Assembly: GCA_963820525.1 (NCBI GenBank) | Contig: CAWGAA010000001.1 | Coordinates: 3,008,001-3,072,000, forward strand | Direction of reading: 5' to 3' | Length of the DNA stretch: 64,000 nt | DNA from: an uncultured Spirochaetota bacterium | Lineage (GTDB): Bacteria; Spirochaetota; Spirochaetia; SZUA-6; Fen-1364 | Part shown: positions 39,705 through 48,971 of the stretch, piece after piece | Layout of the letters: the number at the start of each line of letters is the position of its first letter | How positions within the stretch are numbered: position 1 is the first letter of the stretch | Made by a program: the position numbers and the translations under genes | Notes under the pieces: model-generated | Database searches by the model: none | Seen by the model: only the letters and a program-made list of their open reading frames with translations | Told to the model about the DNA's origin: nothing

Positions 39705-40625
39705 TCAGGCGAAAGAATCGGGTGAACTGCCGACGGGCAAGCCGCCCGGGCCGGCGTCGCCCCCGCTCCCCGGCCGCATGCCGCGCCCCCCGCCGGCGGA
39801 AAGCGCGGAATGCCATCGGGAAAGCAGGACGCCGAAAGCCACGGCCACGTTGAGGGACCTCTTGGCGCCGGCGAGGGGAATGCTGACTCTCCCCAGGCTG
39901 GCGTCCGCAAGCGCAAGCGCCTCGGGACTCAGGCCCAGCTCTTCGGAGCCCACGAGCACGATCCCCCTGTCCGGGAAGCTGAACCGCTCGAGGGGGAGGC
40001 CTCCGAGCTCCAGGGCGAATACCCCCTGAGCCACGGGTATCTCGGAAAGCTCCCGCACTTCCCAGGGGAGAGCTTCCGCGGCCCCGCGGGCGGTCTTGCG
40101 CGCGCGGGGATGGGTGGGCAGGGGCGTTCGGGGCGAGAGGTAGACCCTCTCCATGCCGAACGCTTCGGCGGTTCGAAAGAGCGAGCCGACGTTGAACGGC
40201 GAGCGGATGTCTTCGAGGTAGGCCGCGATCGGATGCGTGCTCACGAGGCTTCTGTCGAGCGCACCCGTCTCAGGCGCCAGCAGGTCCCACTCCGAGGGCT
40301 CCTCGGCCATGGCGCGGAGCAGGGAGTTTCGCAGGGCATTCACGCCCCGAAGCGCGGCGGAGGGCAAGGGGCCGGCCGCCAGGGCCCGCGCTGTCGAGTC
40401 GGCAGCCCGGGTGATTTCTTCCGCTTCCCGGGCAGGGATTGCCCCGCCCGCTCCACGGGAAGCCGCCGTGAGGTCTTTGCCAAGGAATTCCAGAAGGCCC
40501 GTCAGGTAGCCGGCGTCGAAACCCTGCCCATGGAGAATGCCGACTTCCATCGCATGAAGGATTCGCGCGATTTTTCGCATGCGCGTTCTCGGGGAGAGCT
40601 CGCCCAGCTTTCTCAAGGGAAACAT
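39705..40625 (-). CDS. TrmH/SpoU-family RNA methyltransferase
   Basis: EDIRSPFNVGSLFRT, VGSEELG, IPLAG..RSLNVAVA. Confidence 0.9.
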   Translation of the reverse strand: MFPLRKLGELSPRTRMRKIARILHAMEVGILHGQGFDAGYLTGLLEFLGKDLTAASRGAGGAIPAREAEEITRAADSTARALAAGPLPSAALRGVNALRNSLLRAMAEEPSEWDLLAPETGALDRSLVSTHPIAAYLEDIRSPFNVGSLFRTAEAFGMERVYLSPRTPLPTHPRARKTARGAAEALPWEVRELSEIPVAQGVFALELGGLPLERFSFPDRGIVLVGSEELGLSPEALALADASLGRVSIPLAGAKRSLNVAVAFGVLLSRWHSALSAGGGRGMRPGSGGDAGPGGLPVGSSPDSFA

Positions 40626-40633
40626 GGCGGAGC

Positions 40634-41782
40634 CTAGAAAGCGGCCTTGATCAGCTCATAGACGTCTTCGGTTGAAACCACGCGAGGGAGGTAGTTCATC
40701 ATGTCGAAGGCACGCGCGGTCCCGGCGACCTCGATCATTTCATCGAGGCTGAGATCGAACTCTCGAAGGCGCGTGGGGAGGTTGAGGGATGCGATGATGC
40801 CGCGCATCGCCTCGATGGCCCGTACGGGGGCTTCCACCGGCGGCACTCCCGTCATGTCCTCGCCCAGAAGCCGGGCGATCTGGATGATGCGGTCGCCCCG
40901 CGCGTTGATGGCGAACTCCAGCACGTGGGGAAGCAGGATGGTCGATACCCAGGACTTGGGGGAGAGGAAGCGGGCATTGATGGCGAAGGAGAGGGCGGAG
41001 CCGATGCCGAGCTTTGTCGTGGCGAGCCCCAGGCCCAGGAGGAGCCCCGCGGCGCTGGCGTTCGAACGCATCCGCACGTCGTCGACGTTCTGCAGTCCCT
41101 CCTTGATGATCGCCGCGAGAGTCTCTATCGCTTTCATGAGGCAGGTGTCGGAGAGGAAGTTGGCCCTGTTGGACAGGAGGCCTTCGATGCAGCCCAGGAG
41201 CGTGTCCATGACGGTCGTGTAGGTGTACTTGGCGGGAAGGCCGAGGGACATCTTCGGATCGATCACCACCGCCTTGGTGATCCCCTTCTGGGTTCTGCCG
41301 ATCTTTCCGCTCCTGTCGCGCGCATCCACCATGAGATACTCGTCGAGGAACATGAAGGGGTTCCGGCAGGTGGTGGGAATCTCGATGTAGGCAAGGGGTT
41401 TTCCTTCGGGCTGGACGCCCGAGAGGAAGTCGTCGATCGAGTTTTTGGACGGCGAGGTCATTGCGATGCACTTGGCGATGGAGAGTGTCTTGATCCCGCC
41501 CAGGCCGATCACGATGTCGGCATGAGACCCCCGCGCCAGGGCCACGCCCTCCTCCACGGTCTTGCTGGTGGCGTTTGGGACCACCTCGTCGAAGACGATC
41601 GAGGGTATTCCCCTCTTTTCCAGCAGGTCCTGGACCCTGTTGATGACCTTCCCCTCGTAGAGGATGGCCTCGGTGACGAGGAAGGCCCTCTCGCCGTGCT
41701 CTGAAACGATCTGGCCGATACGGGTAACGGTATCCTGCCCGAAGATGATCCGCGTGGGTACATGGAAAAGCACGTCCGGCAT
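40634..41782 (-). CDS. iron-containing alcohol dehydrogenase-fold protein with degenerate metal ligands
   Basis: PTRIIFG, VPN, IGLGG..LSIAK, IPTT, IDP, LPHV, NLPTRL; start at MPDVLFH (41782). Confidence 0.8.
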   Translation of the reverse strand: MPDVLFHVPTRIIFGQDTVTRIGQIVSEHGERAFLVTEAILYEGKVINRVQDLLEKRGIPSIVFDEVVPNATSKTVEEGVALARGSHADIVIGLGGIKTLSIAKCIAMTSPSKNSIDDFLSGVQPEGKPLAYIEIPTTCRNPFMFLDEYLMVDARDRSGKIGRTQKGITKAVVIDPKMSLGLPAKYTYTTVMDTLLGCIEGLLSNRANFLSDTCLMKAIETLAAIIKEGLQNVDDVRMRSNASAAGLLLGLGLATTKLGIGSALSFAINARFLSPKSWVSTILLPHVLEFAINARGDRIIQIARLLGEDMTGVPPVEAPVRAIEAMRGIIASLNLPTRLREFDLSLDEMIEVAGTARAFDMMNYLPRVVSTEDVYELIKAAF

Positions 41783-41883
41783 GGGAAAGCTCCCTTTCAC
41801 GACGCCGCCTATCCGCGCCGCCGATAAAAAAAGCGGAGAATCCGCCAAAGGATACCTCCGCTCGTGACCCCTACGGTATCGCT

Positions 41884-42171
41884 CTACGAGATTCCGAACG
41901 CCTTGAGCACTCCATCGGCAACGGCCTCGATGACCTCCTGGGAGGGATAAGTGGGATCCTGGAGCTTGCGCTTCGCTTCCTCGACCTTGTCCGTGCGGAT
42001 ATCCGGCGCGAGCCGGGCCGCTTCCGCTGCCTTGAACACCTCCGACTTGGACTTTGCTTCTTCGGATACGTTGATGGCGTCGAGCTCTTCCTTGGACTGC
42101 AGCCGAGACGTCTTCTCCGTCTTCTTGATATTTGAGGCCGGATCCGGTGGACCAATTCTCTCGACCGTCAT
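41884..42171 (-). CDS. flgM: anti-sigma28 factor FlgM
   Basis: DAINVSEEAK...APDIRTDKVEEAKRKL..Y...VADG; preceded by a sigma28-like promoter. Confidence 0.85.
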   Translation of the reverse strand: MTVERIGPPDPASNIKKTEKTSRLQSKEELDAINVSEEAKSKSEVFKAAEAARLAPDIRTDKVEEAKRKLQDPTYPSQEVIEAVADGVLKAFGIS

Positions 42172-42193
42172 TGGAGGTTCCTTTCACTTACCT

Positions 42194-42221
42194 ATATCGA
42201 CAGGCGTCATTGGCAACTTGA
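42194..42221 (-). promoter_or_regulatory. sigma28 (FliA)-like promoter of flgM
   Basis: TCAA-16 nt-GTCGATAT, close to the TAAA-N15/16-GCCGATAA consensus. Confidence 0.7.
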
Positions 42222-42351
42222 ACCCTTTTCCAGGTTTATAGTCGTGTTCGACGCTGGAGTCAAGGGCTTCGACTGAGTTTTTCCCTCGCTCCGGCATTTT
42301 TGCCCGGTTTGGCGACGAACGCTCATCGATCATCGGCAATGCGCCTCCGAG

Positions 42352-42846
42352 TCATTCCAGCGTGACAAGCTCGATGGCCATATCGAGGGTATCGACCACC
42401 GCCACAGTGGCCCTGGGAGCTAGGTAACCGGAACAGGTCCCAGGATTGAGGAGCTTCTTTTCCGTTCCCTCGACTTTCGCCTGATGGTTGTGGCCGTACA
42501 CCACCAGGTCGAATGTTCCGGCGCGAAAGAGGTCCTCGGCGACATCGGGATAGTGCATCATCGCGATCCTTCGGCCGTCCAGGGTGAGCACGTATACGCC
42601 GTCCCTGAAAGTGCAAAAGCCCTCTCCCCGCTTCGTCAGCAGCACCCTGTCGCCATCGTTGTTGCCGAATATCGCGTGCATCTTCACGCCCTTTTCGGTG
42701 AGCGGGGCGAACTCGGGGAGCGTGAAGGGGGAGCAGAAATCCCCCCCATGGAGGATCACATCCACCCGCCGGGACGTGAAAGCGGCCACGGCCTTTCGGA
42801 TGTTGATGAGGTTGTCGTGCGTGTCTGAAATGACTCCGATCTTCAC
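42352..42846 (-). CDS. metallophosphoesterase (YfcE/MJ0936 family)
   Basis: ISDTH, GD, GNND, YGHNH, NPG. Confidence 0.9.
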   Translation of the reverse strand: MKIGVISDTHDNLINIRKAVAAFTSRRVDVILHGGDFCSPFTLPEFAPLTEKGVKMHAIFGNNDGDRVLLTKRGEGFCTFRDGVYVLTLDGRRIAMMHYPDVAEDLFRAGTFDLVVYGHNHQAKVEGTEKKLLNPGTCSGYLAPRATVAVVDTLDMAIELVTLE

Positions 42847-42926
42847 AGCGCTCTCCCGTCGATTCCTTATCGGCCTGCTCCACCTATAGTTTACTTACGA
42901 GCGAGGCCGATGGTACACTCCCCGCC

Positions 42927-43715
42927 ATGGAGAAGCTCGGGATCATCGGTTTCGGCGTCATGGGCGAGGCTTTCGCCGCCGGCCTCAGGCGGCAGGAGCC
43001 GGGGCTCCAGATCAGGGTTTTCGACGTCAAGGCGGAGAAGCTCGCCCCGGCACGAGCGCGGCTCGGGATCACTCCCGCGGGGAGCGCCTCGGAGGTGGTT
43101 CGGCAGAGCGATCTCACCATCCTCTGCGTGAAGCCCCAGGACCGTGCCGCCGTGCTTGCCGAGATCAAGGAAAGCTCGCGCGGCAGGCGGATCATTTCGA
43201 TCCTGGCGGGAACGGGAATCGCAGCCCTCGCTTCAGGTCTCGCCACCGAGCAGATCGCGCGCTTCATGCCCAATATCGCCGCCACCAAGGGCAAGGCCCT
43301 CATCGGGGTCTCCTTCCATTCCAGCGCCGTGAAGGAGTTTCGCGAGGAATGCCTCTCGATCGCCCGGGCCCTGGGCACCCCGATCGAGATCAAAGAGACT
43401 CTCATGGCGGCCATGACGGGAGTCTGCGGCTCGGGGATCGCATTCGTGCTTTCCTTCATCCATGCCATGGCCCAGGGAGGGGTGGCCGCTGGCTTCGACT
43501 ATGGAACGGCCCTCACGGTGGCGAGGGGGGCCGTGGAGGGCGCCGTGAGCCTTCTTGCAGACGGAGCCCACCCGATGGAGCTTGTCAGTCACGTAACCTC
43601 CCCCGCCGGCACCACTATCGCGGGGATACGGGCCCTGGAGAAAGCGGGATTCACGGCCGCCGTCATGGAAGCGGTGGAGGCGGCCAGCCGCAGAGCGCAG
43701 GAGCTCGAGGGGTAG
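42927..43715 (+). CDS. proC: pyrroline-5-carboxylate reductase
   Basis: GFGVMG, CVKPQ, SILAG, RFMPN, GSG, VTSPAGTT. Confidence 0.95.
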   Translation: MEKLGIIGFGVMGEAFAAGLRRQEPGLQIRVFDVKAEKLAPARARLGITPAGSASEVVRQSDLTILCVKPQDRAAVLAEIKESSRGRRIISILAGTGIAALASGLATEQIARFMPNIAATKGKALIGVSFHSSAVKEFREECLSIARALGTPIEIKETLMAAMTGVCGSGIAFVLSFIHAMAQGGVAAGFDYGTALTVARGAVEGAVSLLADGAHPMELVSHVTSPAGTTIAGIRALEKAGFTAAVMEAVEAASRRAQELEG

Positions 43716-43746
43716 GGCGCCGGGCAGCATGCCTGCACGCCAAGCA

Positions 43747-43781
43747 GCCTGCCACGGCCGCGCGCCGCGGCCGTGGCAGGC
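43747..43781. other. perfect 16-bp GC-rich hairpin between proC and serS
   Basis: GCCTGCCACGGCCGCG-cgc-CGCGGCCGTGGCAGGC; no U tract. Confidence 0.75.
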
Positions 43782-43840
43782 CTTCGTAAGGCCGTTCACT
43801 GCTGGACCGAGTCTCGTCTCTTAAGCTATATTCTTAAGCC

Positions 43841-45124
43841 ATGCTCGACCTGAAATTCATCCGCGACAACGTCGACGCGGTCCGGCAGAACGCGAGAAAC
43901 AGGCATGTTTCCGCGGACCCCGATCTCGTCGTCACGCTCTACGACCAGAGAAACGGCGTGCTCAAGGAGCTGGAGTCCACGCGCGCCGCCAGGAACGCCA
44001 ATGCCGACAAGATGAAGGGCAAGCTCTCCGCGGAGGAGCGCGCGGGGCAGATCGAAGAGGGAAAGCGCCTCAAGGAAGTCATTGCCCGTCTCGAGAAGAG
44101 CCACGAGGAGCTGGAGAAGAAGCTCACCGAAGAGGCCATGAAGATCCCCAACATGTCGCATCCGGACGCGCCGGTGGCGGAGGGGGAGGCCGGAAATCGA
44201 GAGCTTCGCACGTGGGGGACTGTCCCCTCCTTCGCTTTCGCCGCGCGGGATCACGTGGAGATCGGCCAGTCGCTCGATCTGATCGATTTTGAAACCGCCG
44301 CCAGGGTGACGGGGCAGAAGTTCTACTACCTGCGCAACGAGGCCGTCATCCTGGAGCTCGCCCTGGTGCGCTATGCCCTGGACACGCTGGCCGCCGCGGG
44401 CTTCACCCTCATGGCGACGCCGGACCTCGCCCGCGAGCAGATCGTGGCGGGACACGGGTTCAATCCGCGCGGACCGGAGAGCAACATGTATCTGGTTGAA
44501 GGGACGGACCTCTGTCTCATCGCAACGGCGGAGTTCACCCTCGGCGGGTACAATGCGGGAGCGCTTCTCGACCTGGAGGCCTTGCCGGTCAAGCTGGCCG
44601 GGGTCTCGCACTGTTTTCGAAGGGAAGCGGGAGCGGCGGGGCAATTCTCGAAAGGACTGTACCGGGTCCACCAGTTCACCAAGGTGGAGATGTTCGTCTA
44701 CAGCCACCCCGCGAAATCCGAGGAGATGCTGGAGCGGTTGATCGGTCTGGAAGAGAAGATCTTCCAGGGACTGGAGATCCCGTACCGGATCGTCGACACA
44801 TGCACGGGAGACCTCGGGGGTCCCGCCTATCGCAAGTTCGACATCGAGGCGTGGATGCCGGGGCGGGGAGAAAAGGGCAAGTGGGGCGAGATCACCAGCG
44901 CCTCCAACTGCACCGACTACCAGGCGCGCCGACTGGCGATCCGCTTCAAGGAGGAGGGGAAGAACAGGTTCGTGCACACGCTCAACGGCACGGCGCTCGC
45001 CGTTTCGCGAACGCTTATCGCGCTTCTTGAAAACTTCCAGCAAGCTGATGGATCGGTGCGCCTGCCTCAGAGGATCGCGGACTATGCGGGATTTGCCGAG
45101 CTGAAGGCGAAATCAGCGGGATAA
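43841..45124 (+). CDS. serS: serine--tRNA ligase
   Basis: MLDLKFIR, IATAE, FRREAG, GLYRVHQFTKVE, EITSASNCTDYQARR, HTLNGT. Confidence 0.98.
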   Translation: MLDLKFIRDNVDAVRQNARNRHVSADPDLVVTLYDQRNGVLKELESTRAARNANADKMKGKLSAEERAGQIEEGKRLKEVIARLEKSHEELEKKLTEEAMKIPNMSHPDAPVAEGEAGNRELRTWGTVPSFAFAARDHVEIGQSLDLIDFETAARVTGQKFYYLRNEAVILELALVRYALDTLAAAGFTLMATPDLAREQIVAGHGFNPRGPESNMYLVEGTDLCLIATAEFTLGGYNAGALLDLEALPVKLAGVSHCFRREAGAAGQFSKGLYRVHQFTKVEMFVYSHPAKSEEMLERLIGLEEKIFQGLEIPYRIVDTCTGDLGGPAYRKFDIEAWMPGRGEKGKWGEITSASNCTDYQARRLAIRFKEEGKNRFVHTLNGTALAVSRTLIALLENFQQADGSVRLPQRIADYAGFAELKAKSAG

Positions 45125-45146
45125 GCGCTTTCGCTGCCGTTCAATC

Positions 45147-45177
45147 AAAGGGCGGCCTGCGGGCCGCCCTCTTTGTT
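45147..45177. terminator. likely bidirectional intrinsic terminator
   Basis: AGGGCGGCC-tgcg-GGCCGCCCT flanked by AAA and ctttgtt, between convergent genes. Confidence 0.75.
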
Positions 45178-45202
45178 CATCGAGAAAAGTCTGGCTTTGC
45201 CT

Positions 45203-45421
45203 CTACCTGCTTCCCACCAGCTTGTGCAGGGTCTTGGCAAGGGTCTCCTGGTAATCCTTGAAGATCACCGTTTTTCCCGAGAAGGTAGCCTTTCTCATGG
45301 AGAGCCGGAGCTTCTCCTCGCAGGAGAGACAGAGATCCTTGTCCATAAACGTCACATAGTTGTAGTCTCTACGGGCGCCGGGAACCGGCTTCTTGCATGC
45401 ATCACAGATAATGTCCGTCAT
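45203..45421 (-). CDS. small CxxC...CxxC (zinc-finger-like) protein
   Basis: RBS AAGGAG; MTDIICDACKK...DLCLSCE; 72 aa. Confidence 0.75.
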   Translation of the reverse strand: MTDIICDACKKPVPGARRDYNYVTFMDKDLCLSCEEKLRLSMRKATFSGKTVIFKDYQETLAKTLHKLVGSR

Positions 45422-45560
45422 GTCTCTCTCCTTCTTGTCTCTTGCCACTAGTGTAACCCATACAGCCCCGGTTGTCGAGCGCCTTTTTCGGATTCTCGGG
45501 GGGCGCGGTGGACGATATGACCCATTTCTGTGTAGTATATTTTCCCGAGAGGGGGACAAG

Positions 45561-46664
45561 ATGGGTGACGCTCTTGCACGCTTGAAAGCGGAAAAAATCC
45601 CCTTCCTTTACTGCAGCTATTCCTCCCTCGACCGGTTCTTCCGGGTCCGAGAAGCGGGGTCCACCTTCCTGGCAACGGATTCCTCCATTGTCTCCCTGGC
45701 GAAGGCCTTCGAAGGGCTGCAGTTCCCCGGGCTTCCCCTGGAGGATGCCGCCGTGCAGGAGAACGGGAGCCGCCTCATCTTCCGCTGCGTCGATTCCCTG
45801 GCGCTTCCCCCCGCCCAGCCCTTCACGGTGCTGACCCTGCTGTACGACTCGGAGCGCGATGCCTTTATCGACCGTTTCGGAGTCTACCCCGACCTTCGCG
45901 CCCTCCATCTCGCACCCGTGTCGGGAGACTACCCGCCGTGGCTCGTGCTCTCGGAGGCGGCCAAGCTCGTGTCCCGCTACCACTACGGCACCGAAGGGCT
46001 TGCCAGCGAATGGAGGGCGGGCGAGGCGCTGCCCCCTCTTTCATACCAGAAGGATTTCCTCGCATCCCTCATGATCTCCCGGTTCCCGGAGAAGGGACTC
46101 GGGCTGCTCTTCGCGGCAGGCTTCGTGGAGGAGGCCTGGCCGGAGCTCGCCGAGATGGCCAGAGTCAACCACGCCAAGGATTACCACCCCGAGGGGGACG
46201 TCTGGGCGCATACGCTGGAGACTCTGAAGTACAGGAAGCGCGCCGACTTGATTCTCTCCCTGTCGCTCCTCCTGCATGACTCGGGAAAGCCGGGAACCGA
46301 GGGCTCGGGAGAGAAGCGCTTCGACGGCCATGCCGAGCTGGGCTCCATCATCGCCACGCGGTTCCTCAAGCGCCTCGGATTCAGCGAATCGACCATTGGA
46401 GACGTGAGCTTCCTGGTGCGCTACCACATGATGCCGCTGGCCCTGAAGAAGCTCCCCCAGTACCGCACCGAGCCCATCCTCTCCTCGCCCCTTTTCCCGC
46501 AGCTTCTCGAGCTGTACCGCGCGGATCTTTCCTCCTCCTACGCCGACCCGGAGGGCTACTACGAGGCGTGCCGGATCTATAGGGCATTCCTCCGCGAGCG
46601 GGAAAACCCTTACCGAATGGTGAAGAAGCGGAGCCAGAGATCGTCGGGAGCCTTCAGGAAATAG
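45561..46664 (+). CDS. HD-domain protein related to CCA-adding enzyme / poly(A) polymerase, with an eroded nucleotidyltransferase head
   Basis: PEL, HPEGDVWAHT, LLHDSGKP, GHAELG, LVRYHM, AD. Confidence 0.8.
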   Translation: MGDALARLKAEKIPFLYCSYSSLDRFFRVREAGSTFLATDSSIVSLAKAFEGLQFPGLPLEDAAVQENGSRLIFRCVDSLALPPAQPFTVLTLLYDSERDAFIDRFGVYPDLRALHLAPVSGDYPPWLVLSEAAKLVSRYHYGTEGLASEWRAGEALPPLSYQKDFLASLMISRFPEKGLGLLFAAGFVEEAWPELAEMARVNHAKDYHPEGDVWAHTLETLKYRKRADLILSLSLLLHDSGKPGTEGSGEKRFDGHAELGSIIATRFLKRLGFSESTIGDVSFLVRYHMMPLALKKLPQYRTEPILSSPLFPQLLELYRADLSSSYADPEGYYEACRIYRAFLRERENPYRMVKKRSQRSSGAFRK

Positions 46665-46678
46665 AGAGGGCGACCGGC

Positions 46679-48010
46679 TCAGCCGAAGCTGGAAAGAAGA
46701 AAGCGCGAAAGCTCGGGAAAGCCCGTGCCCACTTTTATAGAGCTCTTCGGCAGGGACAGGCATCGGGCGATCCTCTCGGGGATCTCGGGTGAGGCGCCCA
46801 CGGCATCTTCCACGATGTCGAGGAACTTGGCGGGATGCGCCGTTGCCAGAACCACCACCTGCTCTTCGCTCGGCCGCGACGCGAGCCACCGGCGGCCGGC
46901 CTTATAGCCTACCGCGGTGTGGGGATCCAGGAACACGCCGTGGCTCTCGTACGCTTCCCGCATCGTCCGGCGGGTCTCGTCATCCGTGACGGTGAGGCCG
47001 TGGATCGCCTCGCGGATGGAGCTCCAATCGCCATGGAAAACCTCCAGGAGGCGCTCGAAGTTGCTCGGATTTCCGACGTCCATCGCATTGGAGAGGGTCA
47101 CCTCTGAAGCCCGGGGTGCATAGATTCCGCTTGAAAGGTACCGGGGGACAACGTCGTTGACATTCGTGGCCGCGATGAATGAGAGCACGGGCAGTCCCCA
47201 GCGCCAGGCGTAGACGCCGGCGGTGAGGTTTCCGAAGTTGCCGCTGGGAACGCAGACCGTGGTCGGCCGCTCCCCCGGCCGCCCGGCGCCGGCCGTTCCG
47301 TGAAGCGCGGCTCGGTGGGTGAGGGCATGGATGTAGTAGAAGCACTGGGGAAGAAGCCTTCCTATATTGATGGAATTGGCCGAGGTCAGGCGGAGCCTCC
47401 GCCGCAGGGTTTCGTCCCGGAATGCTTCCTTTGCCAGGCGCTGACAATCGTCGAAGCTTCCCTCCACCTCCAGGGCGTGGACGTTTCCTCCCAGCGTGGT
47501 GAGCTGTTTTTCCTGGAGGTTGCTCACCCTGCCGGATGGATACAGTATCACCACGTCGATGTTATCCCTGCCGTGAAAGGCGTTGGCGACTGCGCTGCCC
47601 GTGTCGCCGGAGGTTGCCACGAGGATCTGGGTCCGCCGGCCCTCGCTTTTGAGGAAGTGTTCCATGCACGAGGCGAGAAACTGCGCCCCGAAATCCTTGA
47701 AAGCGCAGGTGGGGCCGCCAAAGAGCTCGAGGAGAAGCACCCGATCGTCGAGCCTGCGAAGCTCGGGCTGGAACGTGAAGGCGCGCAAGGCAATGCGCTC
47801 CGCGGTCTCGCGGTCGATCTCCGGAGAGAAGAGGGCCTCGGCGGTGGACGCGGCAAGGTCCGTGAACGAGGTCTCATCGCCGAAGGAGGTGAAAAGCCCC
47901 GCCAGATCGGGCCATTCGACGGGATGGAAGAGCCCTCCATCGGGAGCGAGCCCCTGGAACAGCGCCTCCCTGAAGCTCACGGTGCCGCCGCTTCTGCTCC
48001 TGAATCTCAT
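46679..48010 (-). CDS. thrC: threonine synthase
   Basis: GLAPDGGL, GPTCAFKDFG, ATSGDTG, SANSINIGR, PSGNFGN, DPHTA, TAHPAKF. Confidence 0.97.
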   Translation of the reverse strand: MRFRSRSGGTVSFREALFQGLAPDGGLFHPVEWPDLAGLFTSFGDETSFTDLAASTAEALFSPEIDRETAERIALRAFTFQPELRRLDDRVLLLELFGGPTCAFKDFGAQFLASCMEHFLKSEGRRTQILVATSGDTGSAVANAFHGRDNIDVVILYPSGRVSNLQEKQLTTLGGNVHALEVEGSFDDCQRLAKEAFRDETLRRRLRLTSANSINIGRLLPQCFYYIHALTHRAALHGTAGAGRPGERPTTVCVPSGNFGNLTAGVYAWRWGLPVLSFIAATNVNDVVPRYLSSGIYAPRASEVTLSNAMDVGNPSNFERLLEVFHGDWSSIREAIHGLTVTDDETRRTMREAYESHGVFLDPHTAVGYKAGRRWLASRPSEEQVVVLATAHPAKFLDIVEDAVGASPEIPERIARCLSLPKSSIKVGTGFPELSRFLLSSFG

Positions 48011-48960
48011 GACGACTCCTTGCTGGAAAGGACCACGGGTCCCCGGGTGTTGATCGAGGAGATATAGATATCGCTTGAAAGCCCTGCGCCGAGGAAAGCC
48101 TCCGCCATGGCGGCTCCCGCCGCCTCGGCGAGGGGCTGTGACGCGCAGAGCGCGAAGATGGAAGGGCCGGATCCCGAGATGGAGCAGCCCAGCGCGCCCG
48201 AGGAGAGGGCGGCCGCCTTCACCGCCGGGAAGCCTGGGATGAGGAGGGATCGCACGGGCTCGGCAACGACGTCCTGTAGCGACCTTCCCAAAAGGGCGAG
48301 ATCGCTTTCATAGAGCGCCGCCACGAGCGCGGCGAGGTTCCCCCACTGCCGGATTGCGGCGGCGAGGGGAATCTCCTTCTTGAGGATCTTCCTGGCGTCG
48401 GAGGTTTTCACCTCCGTATGCGGGTGGACGACGGCGCAGGCGAGACCCGGGGGAACGGGGAGCCTGATCACGTCGAGAGGCTCATAGCTTCTCACCAGGA
48501 CGAATCCCCCCAAGAGCGACGGCGCCACGTTGTCGGCATGGGCGCTGCCGCATGCCGCCTTCTCGGCTTCCAGGGTGAAGGGGATGAGATCCGCCGGGGA
48601 AAAGAGGCTTCCCGCCAGGAGGTTGGCGGCCCATGCCGCCGCCGCCGCGCTCGCGGCGGAGCTTCCCAGCCCCGAGCTGGAGGGCATGCGCTTTTCCAGG
48701 ATCACCTCGACTCCGAAGTCGGCGCCGATGTGCCGCAAGAGCGCCCCTGCCGCCACCGTCGCCGTGTTCTTGTCCGGATCGAGGGAAAGCTTCCCCTCGT
48801 CGCCCCGGATCTCCCGGATGACGACCTTCTTCTCCGCGAGGCGGGTGAGGGTAACGGCATCCCCCGGAGCCTCCAGAGCGAAGCCCAGAACGTCGAAGCC
48901 GGATGCGACATTGGCCACCGTAGCCGGAGCGAAGACGGTCACGGAATCGAGCCTTCCCAC
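48007..48960 (-). CDS. thrB: homoserine kinase
   Basis: APATVANVASGFD, GLGSSAAS, HADNVAP, ISGSGPS; start GTG 48960 after GAGGA. Confidence 0.95.
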   Translation of the reverse strand: MGRLDSVTVFAPATVANVASGFDVLGFALEAPGDAVTLTRLAEKKVVIREIRGDEGKLSLDPDKNTATVAAGALLRHIGADFGVEVILEKRMPSSSGLGSSAASAAAAAWAANLLAGSLFSPADLIPFTLEAEKAACGSAHADNVAPSLLGGFVLVRSYEPLDVIRLPVPPGLACAVVHPHTEVKTSDARKILKKEIPLAAAIRQWGNLAALVAALYESDLALLGRSLQDVVAEPVRSLLIPGFPAVKAAALSSGALGCSISGSGPSIFALCASQPLAEAAGAAMAEAFLGAGLSSDIYISSINTRGPVVLSSKESS

Positions 48961-48971
48961 GGCCGCTGTCC

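Noticed and set aside
41820..41827. Antisense sigma28 promoter (GCCGATAA)
   Set aside because: No TAAA/TCAA -35 at the right spacing.
43716..43840. T-box leader for serS
   Set aside because: No GGTGGxACC T-box motif, the region is too short, and a -10 box directly precedes the ATG.
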